Source of the DNA: Hemiscyllium ocellatum
Taxonomy: Eukaryota
Assembly: GCF_020745735.1 (NCBI RefSeq)
Contig: NC_083448.1
Location: forward strand, 14,754,006 to 14,818,005
Length of the DNA: 64,000 nucleotides
Reading direction: 5' to 3'
Made by a program: the position numbers and the translations under genes. The first letter of the stretch is position 1. Each line of letters opens with the position of its first letter. Below the pieces are notes generated by a model. That model was not told the DNA's origin. It made no database searches and saw only the letters and a list, made by a program, of their open reading frames with translations. This document shows, in pieces, positions 1-13,429 of this stretch.

Positions 1-587
1 TAGCTCAGAGTTGATGAGTTGAAATCTGAGCTTCAAATGCTGCTGCACATCCAGGATGGGAAGAAGTACCTTGATGCTTTATTTCAGGAGGCAGTCACAT
101 TTGGTGGATTAAGTAATAAAAATTCAGTTGGAGATCAGGGACAACACGGTGTGATTGCAAGTGAAGCAGGTAGGGGGATCCCAAGTTCAGGAACGGAAAA
201 GCCTCAGCTTTTGAACTTATCCAACAGGTATGAGATGCTTACTCCCTGTGTGGATGAGGAAAAGGGCTGCGGGGACGAACAGTCAGCTGACCATGGCAGT
301 ATGGTGCAGAAGGCAATTCAACAGGAGGGAGCAAAAAGACAAATGATAATTATAAGGGATTCTATGATTCGTGAGGGGTAGATAGTATTCTTTGTAAGCC
401 AGACCAGCATTGGCTCATGGTGTGTTGCCTGCCTGTAACAGAGTCCAGGATATCTCTGACCAGCTTGAAGAGATATTGGATTGGGAAGAAGACATGCAGT
501 TGCTGTGGTCCACATTGGGACAAACAACATAGGCAAGGATCAGAAGGAGGACCTGAGGATTACCAAGCACTAGGAATGACAAGCACG

Positions 588-910
588 AGGGCAGCTCAGT
601 GGTTAGCAATATTACCTCATAGCGGCAGGGACCCAGTTACAATTCCATCCTCAGGTGACGGTCCGTGTGGAGTTTGCACATTCTCCCCTGCTGGGTTCCC
701 TCTGGGCAGTCCAGTTTCCTCCCACAGTTCAAAGATGTGCAGGTCAGGTGAATTGACGATACGAAATGGCCCAGAGTGTGGGTCAGGTGCATTAGTCAGG
801 GATAAGTGTAGAGTAATAGAGTAGGGGAATGGGTCTGGGTGGGTTACTCTTTGGAGAGTCAGTGTGGACTTGTTGGGCCTAATGGCCTGTTTCCATACTG
901 TACAGATTCA
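588..910 (+). mobile_element. HE1-like tRNA-derived V-SINE
   Basis: tRNA-like head (gctcagtggttagc), V-domain gtgtggagtttgcacattctcccc, and a CR1-derived tail gtggacttgttgggcc..ggcctgtttcc. Confidence 0.85.
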
Positions 911-3154
911 ATGATGATCAATTAAGGAACAGGGCATCAAGTGTTACAATCTCTGGATGAGTGTCCAAGCCACATGCAATTCAGCTGAGGGATAAGAAAA
1001 TTAGGGAAGCAAACATCTGACTCGGAATGGTGTGGCAAAGAGGGGTCCCATTTCATGGAGCATTAGCATTAGTTTTTGAACAGGAGATATCTGTACTGAT
1101 GGGACTGTCTCCACCCGAACCAATCCAGAACCAGTGTTCTAGTGAAAAGGGTACACAGGATTGTCACAAGGCATTTAAACTGGTGTGTTATGGGGCAAGG
1201 GCAAGGGAAAACGACAGGAAGTATGGTGGTTAATACAAACCTAATCAGCAAGTTAGCATGTGTGCAGGAGGGTTTAAGTACAAGGCAGACTATAAAAAGT
1301 AAAAAGGAAAGATAACTCAGGATATATTATTACAGATGCTGGAAATCATGAGGGTATGAAAACAAGCACAAAGGCACTTGAATGGTCAAAACATTCGTAA
1401 CAAGGTCAATACGTTAGCAGCGCAAACCATGACAAATGAACATGATTTAGTAGCCATTAGAGAGACCTGGTCACCTAATGGTCATAACTGGGAGTGAAAT
1501 ATCCAGGGGTATCAGACTATTTCAGAAGGATAAACAGGTCCATAAGGGAGATGGTACAAATCAAATTTAAGGATGACATCAGGATGGTGCAGAGAGATGA
1601 CGTAGGCTCGGTGGAAAATAAGGTTGAATCCATTTGGGTGGAAATGAGAAATTCCAAGAAAAAAACGTCACTGATTGGCCTATAGACTATGCCACCAAAC
1701 AATAACATCACACTGGGACAGGCAATAAACAAAGAAATAATTCATGCCTGTAAAAATGGTAAGGCCATTATCATGGGTGATTCTAATCTACATGTCGATT
1801 GGTTGAACCAGCTCAGTGAAGGTAACCTTCAGGGGGAGTTTGTTGACTGTATCAGTGATAGTTTTCTTGAGAACTATGTAATGGAAACAACGAGAAAGCA
1901 AGCTATCCTAGATCTGGTCCTGTGTAATGAAATAGGAATAATTAATGATCTCATAGTCATGGATCCTCTTGGAAGGAGCAATCACAGTATAGTTGAATTT
2001 AGAATGCAGATGGAGAGTGTGAACATAAAATCCAATACCAAAGTCCTGTGTTTAATCAAGGGAGACTACAATAGGATGAGGGAGGAGTTGGCTAAAGTAG
2101 ACTGGAAACAAAGATTTTAATGGTGTGACAGTTGACAAACAATTTTTTGAAGTGCTCAGCAAAAGTATATTCCAGTAAAAAGGAAGCACTGTAAGAAAAG
2201 GGGTAATCTGCTATGGGTATCTAAGAAAATAAGGGAGACTATCAAATTAAAAGAGAAGGCATACAAAGTGGCCAACATCAGTGGGAAACTATTAGAATGG
2301 GAAAGCGTTAAAAGTGAACCGAAAGCCACAAATAGAGCTATAAAGAAATGATAGACCAGGAGGAAAAACTAGCACAGAATATCAAGACAGATAGCAAAGG
2401 TTTGTATAAATACATAAAATGAAAGAGTGTCTAAAGTAAACACTGGTCATTTAGAGGATGAAAAGGGGCATTTAGTTTTGGGATACGATGAAATGGCTGA
2501 GGCATTAAACAGGGATTTTGTATGTCTTCACAGTGGAGGTCATCAAAAACATGTCAGGAATTTGAAGGTAGGTGAGGACCCGGAAACAATTATTACAAGA
2601 GATCGTGTTGGGCAAACAAATGGAGCTCAGGATAGACAAGTCTCCTGGTTCTGTTGGAATGCATTCCCAGGCTATGAAAGAGATGGCAGGAGAAATACAA
2701 AAGTGCATGCGCCTTAATTTTCCAAAATTCGCTAGATTCTGGAGCAGTTCCAGCAGATTGGCTTCACACTTGCTGTTTTCCAATGTTTAAAAAGAGCGGG
2801 GGTAGACAGAAGATGGGGAATTATTGACTGGTAAGCTTAACTTCTGTCGTGGTGAAGATGCTTGAGTCTTATCAAGAAAGAAATAGCAAGACCTCTAGAT
2901 CGAAAATGTCCGATTGCGCAGACACAATGTGGGTTCATGAAGGGCAGGTTACGCTTAACTAATCTTTTGGAATTCTATGAAGACATTATGAGCAAGGTAG
3001 ACAAAGGGGACCTAGTAGATGTGGTTTATTGAAATTTCCAAAAGGAAATTGATAAGGTGCCACATATGAGGCTGCTGCACAAGATAATGATGCATGGCAA
3101 CGTGGGTAAAGTTATCAGCATGGATAGAGAATTAGTTAGCAAAGAGTGAGGATA

Positions 3155-4730
3155 GTTGACAATGTGTTGCTGGTTAAAGCACAGCAGGTCAGGCAGCATC
3201 CAAGGAATAGGACATTCGACGTTTCGGGCATAAGCCCTTCATCAGGAATGAGGAGAGGGTGCCAGGCAGGCTAAGATAAAAGGTAGGGAGGGGGGACTTG
3301 GGGGAGGGGCGATGGAGATGTGATAGGTGGAAGGAGGTCAAGGTGAGGGTGATAGGCCGGAGTGGGGTGGGGGCGGAGAGGTTAGGAAGAAGATTGCAGG
3401 TTGGGAGGACGGTGCTGAGTTGAAGGAACCGACTGAGACAAGGTGGGGGGAGGGGAAATGAGGAAACTGGAGAAATCCGAGTTCATCCCTTGTGGTTGGA
3501 GGGTTCCCAGGCGGAAGATGAGGCGTTCTTCCTCCAACCGTCGTGTTGTTATGTTTTGCCGGTGGAGGAGTCCAAGGACCTGCTTGTCCTCGGAGGAGTG
3601 GGAGGGAGAGTTAAAGTGTTGAGCCACGGGGTGGTTGGGTTGGTTGGGTTGGTTGGTCCGGGCGTCCCTGAGGTGTTCTCTGAAGCGTTCCGCAAGTAAG
3701 CGGCCTGTCTCACCAATGTAGAGGAGGCCACATCGGGTGCAGCGGATGCAATAGATGATGTGTGTGGAGGTACAGGTGAACTTGTGGCGGATATGGAAGG
3801 ATCCCTTGGGGCCTTGGAGGGAAGTGAGGGAGGAGGTGTGGGCGCAAGTTTTACATTTCCTGCGGTTGCAGGGGAAGGTGCCGGGAGCGGAGGTTGGGTT
3901 GGTGGGGGGTGTGGACCTGACGAGGGAGTCACGAAGGGAGTGGTCTTTGCGGAACGCTGAGAGGGGAGGGAAATAGATCCCTGGTGGTGGGGTCCGTTTG
4001 GAGGTGGCGGAAATGACGGCGGATGATCCGCTGTATACGGAGGTTGGTGGGGTTGTTGGTGAGAACCAGTGGGGTTCTGTCTTGGTGGCGGTTGGAGGGG
4101 CGGGGCTCAAGGGCAGAGGAGCGGGAAGTGGAGGAGATGCGGTGGAGGGCATCGTCGATCACGTCTGGGGGGGAATCTGCGGTCCTTGAAGGAGGGGGGC
4201 ATCTGGGCTGTGCGGTGTTGGAACTGGTCCTCCTGGGAGCAGATGTGGCGGAGACGAAGGAATTGGGAATATGGGATGGAGTTTTTACAGGGGGCAGGGT
4301 GGGAGGAGGTGTAGTCCAGATAGCTGTGGGAGTCAGTCGGTTTATAGTAGATGTCTGTGTTGAGTCGGTCGCCTGAGATAGAAATGGAAAGGTCTAGGAA
4401 GGGGAGGGAGGAGTCTGAGACAGTCCAGGTGAATTTGAGGTCGGGATGGAAGGTGTTAGTAAAGTTGATGAACTGTTCAACCTCCTCGTGAGAGCACAAG
4501 GCAGCGCCGATACAGTCATCGATGTAGCGGAGGAAAAGGTGGGGGGTGGTGCCGGTGTAGCTGCGGAAGATGGACTGTTCCACATATCCTACGAAGAGAC
4601 AGGCATAGCTGGGGCCCATGCGGGTGCCCATGGCAACTCCTTTAGTTTGGAGGAAGTGGGAGGATTGAAAAGAGAAGTTATTCAGGGTGAGGACCAGTTC
4701 AGTCAGTCGAAGGAGGGTGTCAGTGGAAGG
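3155..4730 (-). mobile_element. Young 5'-truncated Penelope-like element (Neptune-type: RT, Cys-rich linker, GIY-YIG endonuclease, pLTR with hammerhead)
   Basis: RT motifs MGTRMGPSYA, FLRYIDD, LPFLD, YYKPTD (4107-4631); linker CNRRKCKTC; GIY-YIG IIYCIRCTRCGLLYIGETGR..RFREH (3382-3960). A 9-bp target duplication gtgaggata lies at 3146-3154 and 4731-4739. Two frameshifts (~4170 in a G7 run, ~3965). Confidence 0.93.
3213..3250 (-). ncRNA. Minimal type I hammerhead ribozyme, intact (PLE family A)
   Basis: Minus strand reads cauuc-CUGAUGA-a-gggc-uuau-gccc-GAAA-cg-UC-gaaug. It has a 5-bp stem I, a 4-bp stem II, a loopless palindromic stem III (ACGU) and a GUC cleavage triplet. Confidence 0.88.
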
Positions 4731-5775
4731 GTGAGGATAAATGAGTGTTATACTGGTTACTAATCACCAACCAGAAGTGTGTCTCAGGGATCGGTGTTCA
4801 CAACTTACACAGATGATTTAGGAGTTAGGGACCACTTGTAGTGTGTCAAAGTTTATAGATGACACCAAGTTGAGTGGAAAAGTCAAGTATGCAAAGGACT
4901 GTGAAACCTTGCAAAGGGACATAGAAAGTTTAGGTGAGTGAGCAAAGGTCTGGCAGATGGAATACAACATGAATAAATGTGAAGTCATCCATTTTGGTAG
5001 GATTAACAGTAAAAAGGATTTTACTTGAATGGCAAAAAGTTGCAGCATGCTATGCAGAGGGACCTGGGTGTTGTTATGCATGAATCTCGGAGAGTTGGTC
5101 TGCAGGTACAACAAGTAATTAGGAAGGCAAATGGATTTTTTTCCTTTCATTGCTCAAGGGATTGAGTTTAAAAGCAGGGAGGTTATGTTGCAGCTGTACA
5201 GGATGCTGCTGAGGCCACACCTGGAGTACTGCACAGAGTTTTGGTCTCCTCACTTGAGAAAGGATGTACTGGCACTGGAGGGGGTACAGAGGAGGTTCAC
5301 GACGTTGACTCCAGAGTCAAAGGGGTTGGCTTATGAGGAGAGACTGAGTAGGCTAGGATAATATTCATTAGAACTTACAAGAATGAGGAGGGAGGTTCTT
5401 AGCAAAACATAAAATTATGAAGGGAATAAGAAGAAAGTTAGATATGGAGAGGATGTTTCCACTGGCAGATGAAACTAGGACAAGAAAACATTGCCTCAAA
5501 ATGAAGAGGAGCAGATTTAGGACTGAATTGAAAAGGAACTTCTTCACCCAGAGGGTTGGAAATCTATGGAATTCCCTGCCCATTGAAGTATTTGATGCTA
5601 CTTAGTAAATGTTTTTAAAGCTAAGAAAGATTTTTTTGGAACAATAAAGGAATTAAGGGATACTGAGAGAGGGCAGCTAAGTGAAGCAGCTAAGGTCAGC
5701 CTGGATCTTATTGCATGGTGGAGCAGGCTAAAAGGGCCAGATGGCCAACTCCTGCTCCTAGTTCTGATGTTAAGT

Positions 5776-6050
5776 TCTTGCCCAGTGGCTCAAATTTGCG
5801 AACCCTAGCAGCATCCTTGAAAATCTTTTCTAAACTCTTAGAAGTTTCACAACATCCTTCCTAAAGCTGGGAGACCAGAATTGCACTCAGCATTCCAAAC
5901 CAATGTCCTGTACAGCCACAACATGACCTCCCAACTTATATACCCAATGCAGTGACCAATAAAAGCAAGTGTACTAAATGCCTTCTTCACAATCGCATCT
6001 ACTTGTAATTCAAGGAACTATGAACTTACATTCAATATGAACTGCACTTG
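5776..6050 (-). mobile_element. CR1 LINE fragment
   Basis: Near-identical in layout to 7265-7520 of the adjacent minus-strand CR1. Confidence 0.75.
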
Positions 6051-6832
6051 AAACTCATCCTAAACTGTTGTACCAAACTCAAAAGGAATAGGAGAGAGAA
6101 AAGCATACTTTGTTTCTGTCAAGTGGAAGCTTATTGTACTATATATATCATGAAAACTTGAATATTTGTGTTTTTTTTTGTGTCTGCACATAGGACTCTT
6201 ATTCATTGCCGATAAAAGATTTTGTGAAAGTAGCTCCTTTGCTTCAGGCCTTTTCCAATCTGCCTCTATTCCTTGCTGACGTCTATTGAAAGGCAGTTTG
6301 AGTATGACCTTTTGTTCATCATGACCAGAGCACAGGGATAGAAGCATGCGGCTGAGGCGCTGTTTTCAGAACTTGCACCTTTTTAAACCTGGAAAGCATC
6401 TCGAGATCACCAACATGTCCTGAGGAACGAGAATCTGTACAGATTTCAAAAACACTGGACTGCCAAGAGGAAAATGTTCACATGCCTGTCACCAAGAATA
6501 ATCAACATTATCTGGAAAGTAATCTGGAATTTTCATGTGGTTGATCTGGGTTATATACAGAACGAGTCACTTGCTGACCAAAGAGGAAAACAAAATATGT
6601 TTCTTTATGCAGTTGACATTTTCAGCTTCTGCTTGTTACCGTGACTCGCACTCTCTCTCATGATCTGCGCCCATTTTTGTATCTCACTTCCCATGACTTT
6701 TCTGTTGATCTATTTCCAGCATGTGCTCCGAAAGAGTGAGTCACTCTCATTATCTTCACATGTTTATTTGATCTCTGAATCTGTATGGCTGTCACACGCT
6801 TACTCCTGCTATGTTCTTGTTCACCTTTGCTG

Positions 6833-8064
6833 TCATAGAGATGTTCAGCATGGAAACAGACCCTTCGGTCCAACTCGTCCATGCTGAGCACATATCCCAA
6901 CCTATCTAGTCCCACCTGCCAGCACCCGGCCCATATTCCTCCAAACCCTTCCTATTCATATACCCATCCAAATGCCTCTTAAATGTTATAATTGTACCAG
7001 CCTCCACCACATCCTCTGGCAGCTCATTCCATACACGTACCACCCTCTGCGTGAAAAAGTTGTTCCTAGGTCTCTTTTATATTTTTCCCCTCTCACCCTA
7101 AATCTATGCCCTCTAGTTCTGGACACCCCAACCCCGGGGAAAAGACTTTATCTATTCATCCTATCCATGCTCCTCAAGTTTGTAAACCTCTATAATGTCA
7201 CCCCTCAGCCTTCGACACTCCAGGGAAAACAGCCCCAGCCTGTTCAGCCTCTCCCTGTAGCTCAGATCCTACAACCCTGACAACATTCTTGTAAATCTTT
7301 TCTGAACCCTTTCAAGTTTCACAACATCTTTCCGATAAGAAGGAGACCAGAATTGCATGCAATATTCCAACAGTGGCGTAACCAATGTCCTGTACAGCCG
7401 CAATGTGACCTCCTAACTCCTGTACTCGATACTCTGACCAATAAAGGAAAGCATACCAAATGCATTCTTCACTACCCTATTTACCTGCGACTTCACTTTC
7501 AAGGAGCTATGAACCTGCACTCCAAGGTCGCTTTGTTCAGCAACACTCCCTAGGACTTTACCATTAAGTGTATAAGCCCTGCTAAGATTTGCTTTCCCAA
7601 AATGCAGCACCTCACATTTATCTGAATTAAACTCCATCTGCCACTTGTCAGCCCATTGAACCATCTGGTCCAGATCCTGTTGTAATCTGAGGTAAACCTC
7701 TTGGTTGTCCACCACACCTCCAATTTTGGGGTCATCTGCAAACTCACTAACTGTATCTCTTATGCTCGCATCCAAATTATTTATGTAAATGACAGAAGGT
7801 AGAGGACCCAGCACCGATCCTTGTGGCACTCCACTGGTCACAGGCCTCCAGTCTGAAAAACACCACCCTCTGCCTTCTACCTTTGAGTCAGTTCTCTATC
7901 TAAATGGCTAGTTCTCCCTATATTCCATGAGATCTAAACTTGCTAATTAGTCTCTCATGGGGAACCTTGTCATACGCCTTACTGAAGTCCATATATATCA
8001 TATCTACTGCTATGCCGTCATCAGTCTTCTTTGTTACTTCTTCAAAAAACTCCATCAAGTTTGT
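6833..8064 (-). mobile_element. HER1-like CR1 LINE 3' portion
   Basis: ORF 7413-7841 has VTSGVPQGSVLGP, FADD and WQMEFN.DKCEVLHFG; typical 3' UTR ending ..ctctatgac. Confidence 0.92.
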
Positions 8065-8116
8065 TGCCCATTATCTATTTATAGTTTTTCCTGTTTGTAA
8101 CGTTGTTGTTCTGGAT

Positions 8117-8713
8117 TGTTATGGATCAGGCCAGATCCCCTCAAACACTTCAAGGAGGTAGCCTAGACCCTAACTTTTTCTTATTTTAAAGGCAAATGCA
8201 ATGTGGATATTCCAGAAGTAATGCAGCTGGTCAAACTATTCCACTTTAAGCAAACCGGAATTCATTTACACACTACGGTTGAAACACGAACAAAGGAAAA
8301 CAAAATTCAGAATAACTCAATTATTTGGAAAGCCAACTGACTCAAAATCACGACTTAACTAAAGAACTGTTCCAATACCGGGAATGTTCCATAAATGCAC
8401 CCCTTAGCTAATGCTAAATTTACACTCAGATTCTTATAGGCAGGAGAGATTTCAGAGACATGAGTCGGCAAGAAACATCTGTTGAAACATGGAACTTTGT
8501 TTCACGGTAGTAGCTTCTCCGCAACCAGCAGGTTGTGACTGCCTGTTAAAGCAAGTCAAACTAGAATAATACCTGAACTGAGAAAACTGGCCACTCCCTT
8601 GCCATTGTTTAAAGTCCGTCCTTCCTGACATCAAGACCTCTGCCTTTATGACCCCTCTTGAAAAAAACCAAGGACAACATAACCGTGTTCAAGGGGTAAT
8701 ATTGGCATATGAT
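8117..8713. repeat. Interspersed repeat of uncertain class, possibly a solo LTR
   Basis: Starts tgttatg.. and ends near ..ca; non-coding; resembles shark LTR-like repeats from memory only. Boundaries are uncertain. Confidence 0.3.
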
Positions 8714-9294
8714 CATTTATGTTGATTGATTTCACAATGCGACTTCACTGCTCATGTGTCATTTCCAGGCTTTTGGGACAGAGGCTTTGGAAATAAAGTA
8801 AAATGGGGAGCTGGGCCGAGCAGTAAGAACAAACAGACAGGGTCCTGCTACATCCCTCCACTCATCCAATATTTAGCAGTGCAAGAGTTGTTGAATGGAG
8901 GAAACAAAATATCATGAAACAAATAATGACTGACCAGTCAGATAATATAGACAATCTGGTACCTTGGGCACAGTACTCCAGACAAAGAAAGTTGGAAAGA
9001 ATGGTACAGAATAAACAAAAAGCTCTGTAACGAGAAAAACTGAAATGGTATCAATTGTCAGCAGCTTGAATTTCAAACATTTCCAGAGGAACAGAAGGAA
9101 ATATCAAAAATATTATGCTCCCACTTCAACCCGGTGGAATTCTAGCCCAGATTGATGTTTGATGGTTGTAATGGAGTGAACTTCAAAAGAAAATTCTGGA
9201 TAAGCAACGTACTATTTCAAACTCAGTCAGCATCATCATTCCTAATTGCCTTCAAGGAGGTGGTAGTGATCAATCATTTACATATTTCACATGT

Positions 9295-9480
9295 ATTTTT
9301 GAAGTGCTGTCGCTCTTGCAATGCAGCAAACATAGGAATCAATTACACATAGCTGACTCCCATCAAAAACCACAACACAACAAAAATAGTTATTTATTTT
9401 GGTGCTGAAAGATGGTTAAATATCAGCAAGCGAATTGGGTATAATTTCCCTGTTGTTTGAAATATTCCCAAAAGAATGCT
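9295..9480 (-). mobile_element. Degenerate Deu-domain SINE (SacSINE1/AmnSINE1-like)
   Basis: Reverse complement resembles the better-preserved copy at 50476-50690. Confidence 0.5.
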
Positions 9481-10029
9481 ATACCAATTTTGGAAGGTAG
9501 GTTGGCCCTGAAATTCCCACAAGTGCAGAATCCCTTCTTATTTCACGGTGGTTTTTTGCCCTCAAGTCCCAAAACAAACCATGAAGACAAGAGAACTAAT
9601 AATGTGCCACAACTAAAAAAAAACTTCAATCTCTGAACTTACAGATTCAGCAAGAAGGTTGACATTAGAAACTGAACTAAATTGACACTGATGCCATGAT
9701 TGTAAGTGAACTGAGTGATTTGATGTTCCTCCCAAACTGCAAATACAGCCTTGTTCTCCCTCAATCATACACACCTTAATGCCTCCTTTCCAGATTGTGT
9801 ATTGCCAAGAATTCCAAAACTGTGGTCAAGTCTCTCACTTTCCTGGATGTCCTACCTCCTTCCTACAAGACAACACCAGAAGTTGACATTGCATCAACTC
9901 TACATTCTGTCACTGTTTGCATTTGCCAGCCTCTCTCCAAATTAATTTGTGATTGAAATAATATATGAGGAGCACACATTTCGATCACTCCTCCCAGATC
10001 CTGAGGATCTACTAAAGCATTTCATACTT

Positions 10030-10325
10030 AAATGCAAGTGGACATTATAATTGGATTGATTTACTGTAAACCCACACAACAGCTACTCAAGAAAGACCAG
10101 ACAATCTCTTTTCACAATGATAGTTATGGAATAAGCATTGCAGAGAACATTCTTGCTCTTTGAAATAATGTTTTACTTCCAACCTTAAGACACTTCCTTT
10201 AACAATGTTGCATATCCTCAGCACTACACTGTCGTCATGAGCAGTTAAGTACTCTATCACTCAAGTACAACTTGAACCCAAAAGCTGCTGACTCAAAAGA
10301 CAAGGGTGCAATTGAGCTACAGCTG
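10030..10325 (-). mobile_element. Degenerate Deu-domain SINE
   Basis: Patchy similarity to the reverse complement of 50476-50690 plus a SINE head region. Confidence 0.45.
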
Positions 10326-10779
10326 GGTTAGTACACATTACGAACTTGTCACGTTTATTGTGCAATTCACCTTCTGAAGAGTTGGTGACAACAGATTTAA
10401 GAAAAAACATTTTCCAACAGATCAGAACAAGAGTTTCACATCGACTTTCTCCAGATTTTCTCACATGTAGCATATCTCTCAACTGTGCCAAAGCCAACCT
10501 TCACATGGCCTGTCTTTTAGGGCACTGAGGTAGCAAAAGGTGTTAAATTTGACACTGACAAAATTGCGCCTCAATTCCAGCTCGTTTGCTCAGCCGAAAT
10601 TATCAATGTACCTTCCCCATAATTGGTGCGGAAAACTTAATTAGATTTCTCGTTGGAGTTAAGTACACAGTAGAGTATTTCAGCATTTAAATTCACAAAA
10701 ACTTCAGAAGTAAATTAGGTATTGCAATTCCACGTTGAGACTTGTTAAATTGATTTCTTAAGTTTTAAGTCCGTAAATA

Positions 10780-11860
10780 CACAGAGCAGGAGGAAGCCAC
10801 TCAGCTCAGAAAGCATCTTGTCCCATTTTGTAAGATCATGGCTGATTTGATGACCGCACATTTCCACCTCTCTTGAGTACATTTCACCCCCTTGATCATT
10901 CACAATCTATTTGTCTTAAAAATGGTTGAAGAATGTGTTGCTGCACATTGAGTTATGAAGACCTTTAAAGAAATTCATTTCTCAGCTGTCTTAAATAGAT
11001 GGCTCCTTGTTCTAGATTCTCCCTCAAGGGGAAGCTGCTTTTCCACATTATGTTGTTCAGACGTGCAGGATCTCATGTTTTTTCTGTCAATTCACATCTG
11101 ACTCTTGTCAACTCCAGCAGATACAAATGTAATCTGTCCATCCTTTCCTCTTCTCATCAATGCCCTGAAAATCTGAAGCAGAATCCTCATAATTTTGCAT
11201 GCAAGCCTCTTTTGTCCCCAGTCAAATCATTTTTAATCAAACTGCCCATGAACGGCGAGGTAATAGAATGTAATAGAAAAGGATTTCAGTACAGGAATCG
11301 CAATATCATGCTTCAATTGTAAAGGAGTTTGGTTGGTCTGTATCTGGTTGATAGTGTGCAGGTTTGGTTTCTTTACCTCAGGAAAGATATCATTGCCACA
11401 CAGATGATGCAAGGAAAATACATCAGACTTGGCACGAGGAAACAAGACAGTCCTCTGTAGAGAAATTTGGGAAAGTATGCCTGTATTCTCTAGATTTTCA
11501 AAGAGGTTATCTCATCGAAACCTACAAATACTTCAAGTGATAGATAGTATAGATCAGAGAAAAAGTTTCCATTTTTGGAGAGTCTGGCAACAAGGGACAC
11601 AAAAAGATAAGGGAAACACCCTTTAAACAAAATCAAGGAATTTTTTTTTGTCAGAGGATGGTGAATCTCCGCAATTGTCCATCCCACACAATGGGTAGAG
11701 GCTCAGACTTGGAGTATAATACAATAGAGACTGATAAATTTTTAATTATCATGGGCTAAAGGGTTTTGACAATAATGCTGGGAAATAGCATTGAACTGTT
11801 GATCAGCTGTTATTGTATTAAATGGTAAAGTTGGTGAGATGGACCAAACAAATGACCTCC
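10780..11860. mobile_element. Two old CR1 3' fragments in opposite orientation (minus ~10780-11200, plus ~11240-11860)
   Basis: Degenerate KGFQYRN..MLQL and FF.QRMVNL motifs plus 3' UTR remnants. Confidence 0.55.
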
Positions 11861-13429
11861 TGGTTTGACCTCAAAATTTAAGTGTCTGTTATAACTTGTA
11901 ACAAGAGCTTCTATTATCTTCCCCATGAGATTTTTGATGTTGACTAGCCAGTACTTTCCAGGTTTCTCTCTCACGCGTCATGTTGAATTTTGGCATTGTA
12001 GCAGTAGCAATGACGTTAACATGACCGACACGATGCCAATCTTGCAAACCCATCTGATTCAGCATATCCATCAACTTGATTTGGCGCAGAGCTGTCCCAC
12101 TGCTAACTCTGGCAGTTACTGTCCTGTCAGTGGTGTGTGGCCTGGGAGGACATACTGGAACAACGCATCCCCATGAATCTCTCTCATTCAAGTCATGATA
12201 GAGTCTATCAGAAAATCAAATTCTTCAGAAGGCAGTGAGAAGACTAACTTCACCTGCCCAACACTCAAGAATTAGGTTCCACATCAGTCATGATGTCACC
12301 AAAGGGCAAAACAACAGCTTCTATTTTATATTTATTCATGCGGGTGTCACTGGTAAGCACTGTATTTGTTGCACATCCCTTACTTGCTATCCATAAGGTC
12401 ACCCCCCCCCCCCGCAACCCAATTGTGTTTTTTTAAATATAGCAGACTTACATACTAGGCCATTTTAAAGATCTGTTACGAGGCAACCACACTGATGTGG
12501 ATCATAAGCATTGCAGATTTCCTTGTCTGAAAGATATGAGTCAATTTGGTGGAATTTTAAACCAGGCAAGGATTATTTTATGGTCACAATTATTGAGATG
12601 AGCTCAGATAACAGATTTTTGGATTAGATGACTTGAAACTTCACCAGCTGTTGCAGTGGAATTTGTCCCATGATCATAGACCACAAGTCGGATTACACAC
12701 CCAGTGACATGAACATAACATCACCACCTCAAGGACAAAATTCCTAAATGTATTCACAATTGTTTGATTAATTTCCTGATTAATCTGGGAGTGCAGCCAC
12801 ACAGCTGAATTTCCCCAAGTTTAAGTGCAAACCAGCAACCATTGGAGAACAATCTGCCTGGAGCCAAGGAACTGAACTCTGCACTTCTGATGTGCAGGGG
12901 CCAATCCAACATCTTGCGGTTCAGTCACACACAAACCCTCAGGCCATTCTCAAAAAATCTTATTCAATGCCCTCGATCAGGACAGACAGTAAATAAAAAT
13001 TGTTAGAAAATTCTGTTTTGAAAAATTTCAACAACATTACTGAAGGAAAGCAAAAAGCCTCATTATTATTTTTTTATTTACATTATTTTAAATACATGTG
13101 AGGTAAGCCTTACTGGTGCCAATTTCATTCCCAGATTTTTCACAACTCTTCGAACAAGATTAAAGGCACTGCAGTACTGACAATTTTTGAGATGCTTGGA
13201 GGGAGGCAAAATGACAAGAACCAGAATTCTTCACTAAAGCTGTTAACTTTTGAAAATAAAAGAGTTTTTCGGTGTTAAAATCATGCTCAAAAGACAATTA
13301 CTGCTCAAATGTGCACCTGCGCTGCTGAACCAAACAGTGCATTCTCCTTCACCAAGTTTTGGTAACAAGTATCGTCAGTTTCTTCAGAAACCACAAAGCC
13401 AAAGCTGTTCTCTACTCAATGCTCATAAT

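Larger units (their letters stand above)
1..5772 (+). mobile_element. Decayed near-full-length CR1-clade LINE (ORF1 esterase remnant, ORF2 APE endonuclease + RT), interrupted by a SINE (588-910) and a Penelope element (3155-4730)
   Basis: ORF1 remnants IIIRDSMIR (GDS-like), MVCCLP and VVHIGTNNIG. APE motifs ESIWVEMRN, IIMGDSN, AILDLVLCNE, PLGRSNH. RT/C-terminal motifs DKSPG, RPHLEYC..FWSPHL, RNFFTQRV. CR1-type 3' end cctgctcctagttctgatgtt. Many stops and frameshifts. Confidence 0.9.

Noticed and set aside
588-660. tRNA genes at SINE heads (also 21879, 61505, 62543)
   Set aside because: A/B boxes run directly into SINE body and tail sequence; no complete cloverleaf.
3490-4763. Plus-strand and alternate-frame ORFs over the Penelope element
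   Set aside because: Shadow ORFs of a GC-rich coding strand.
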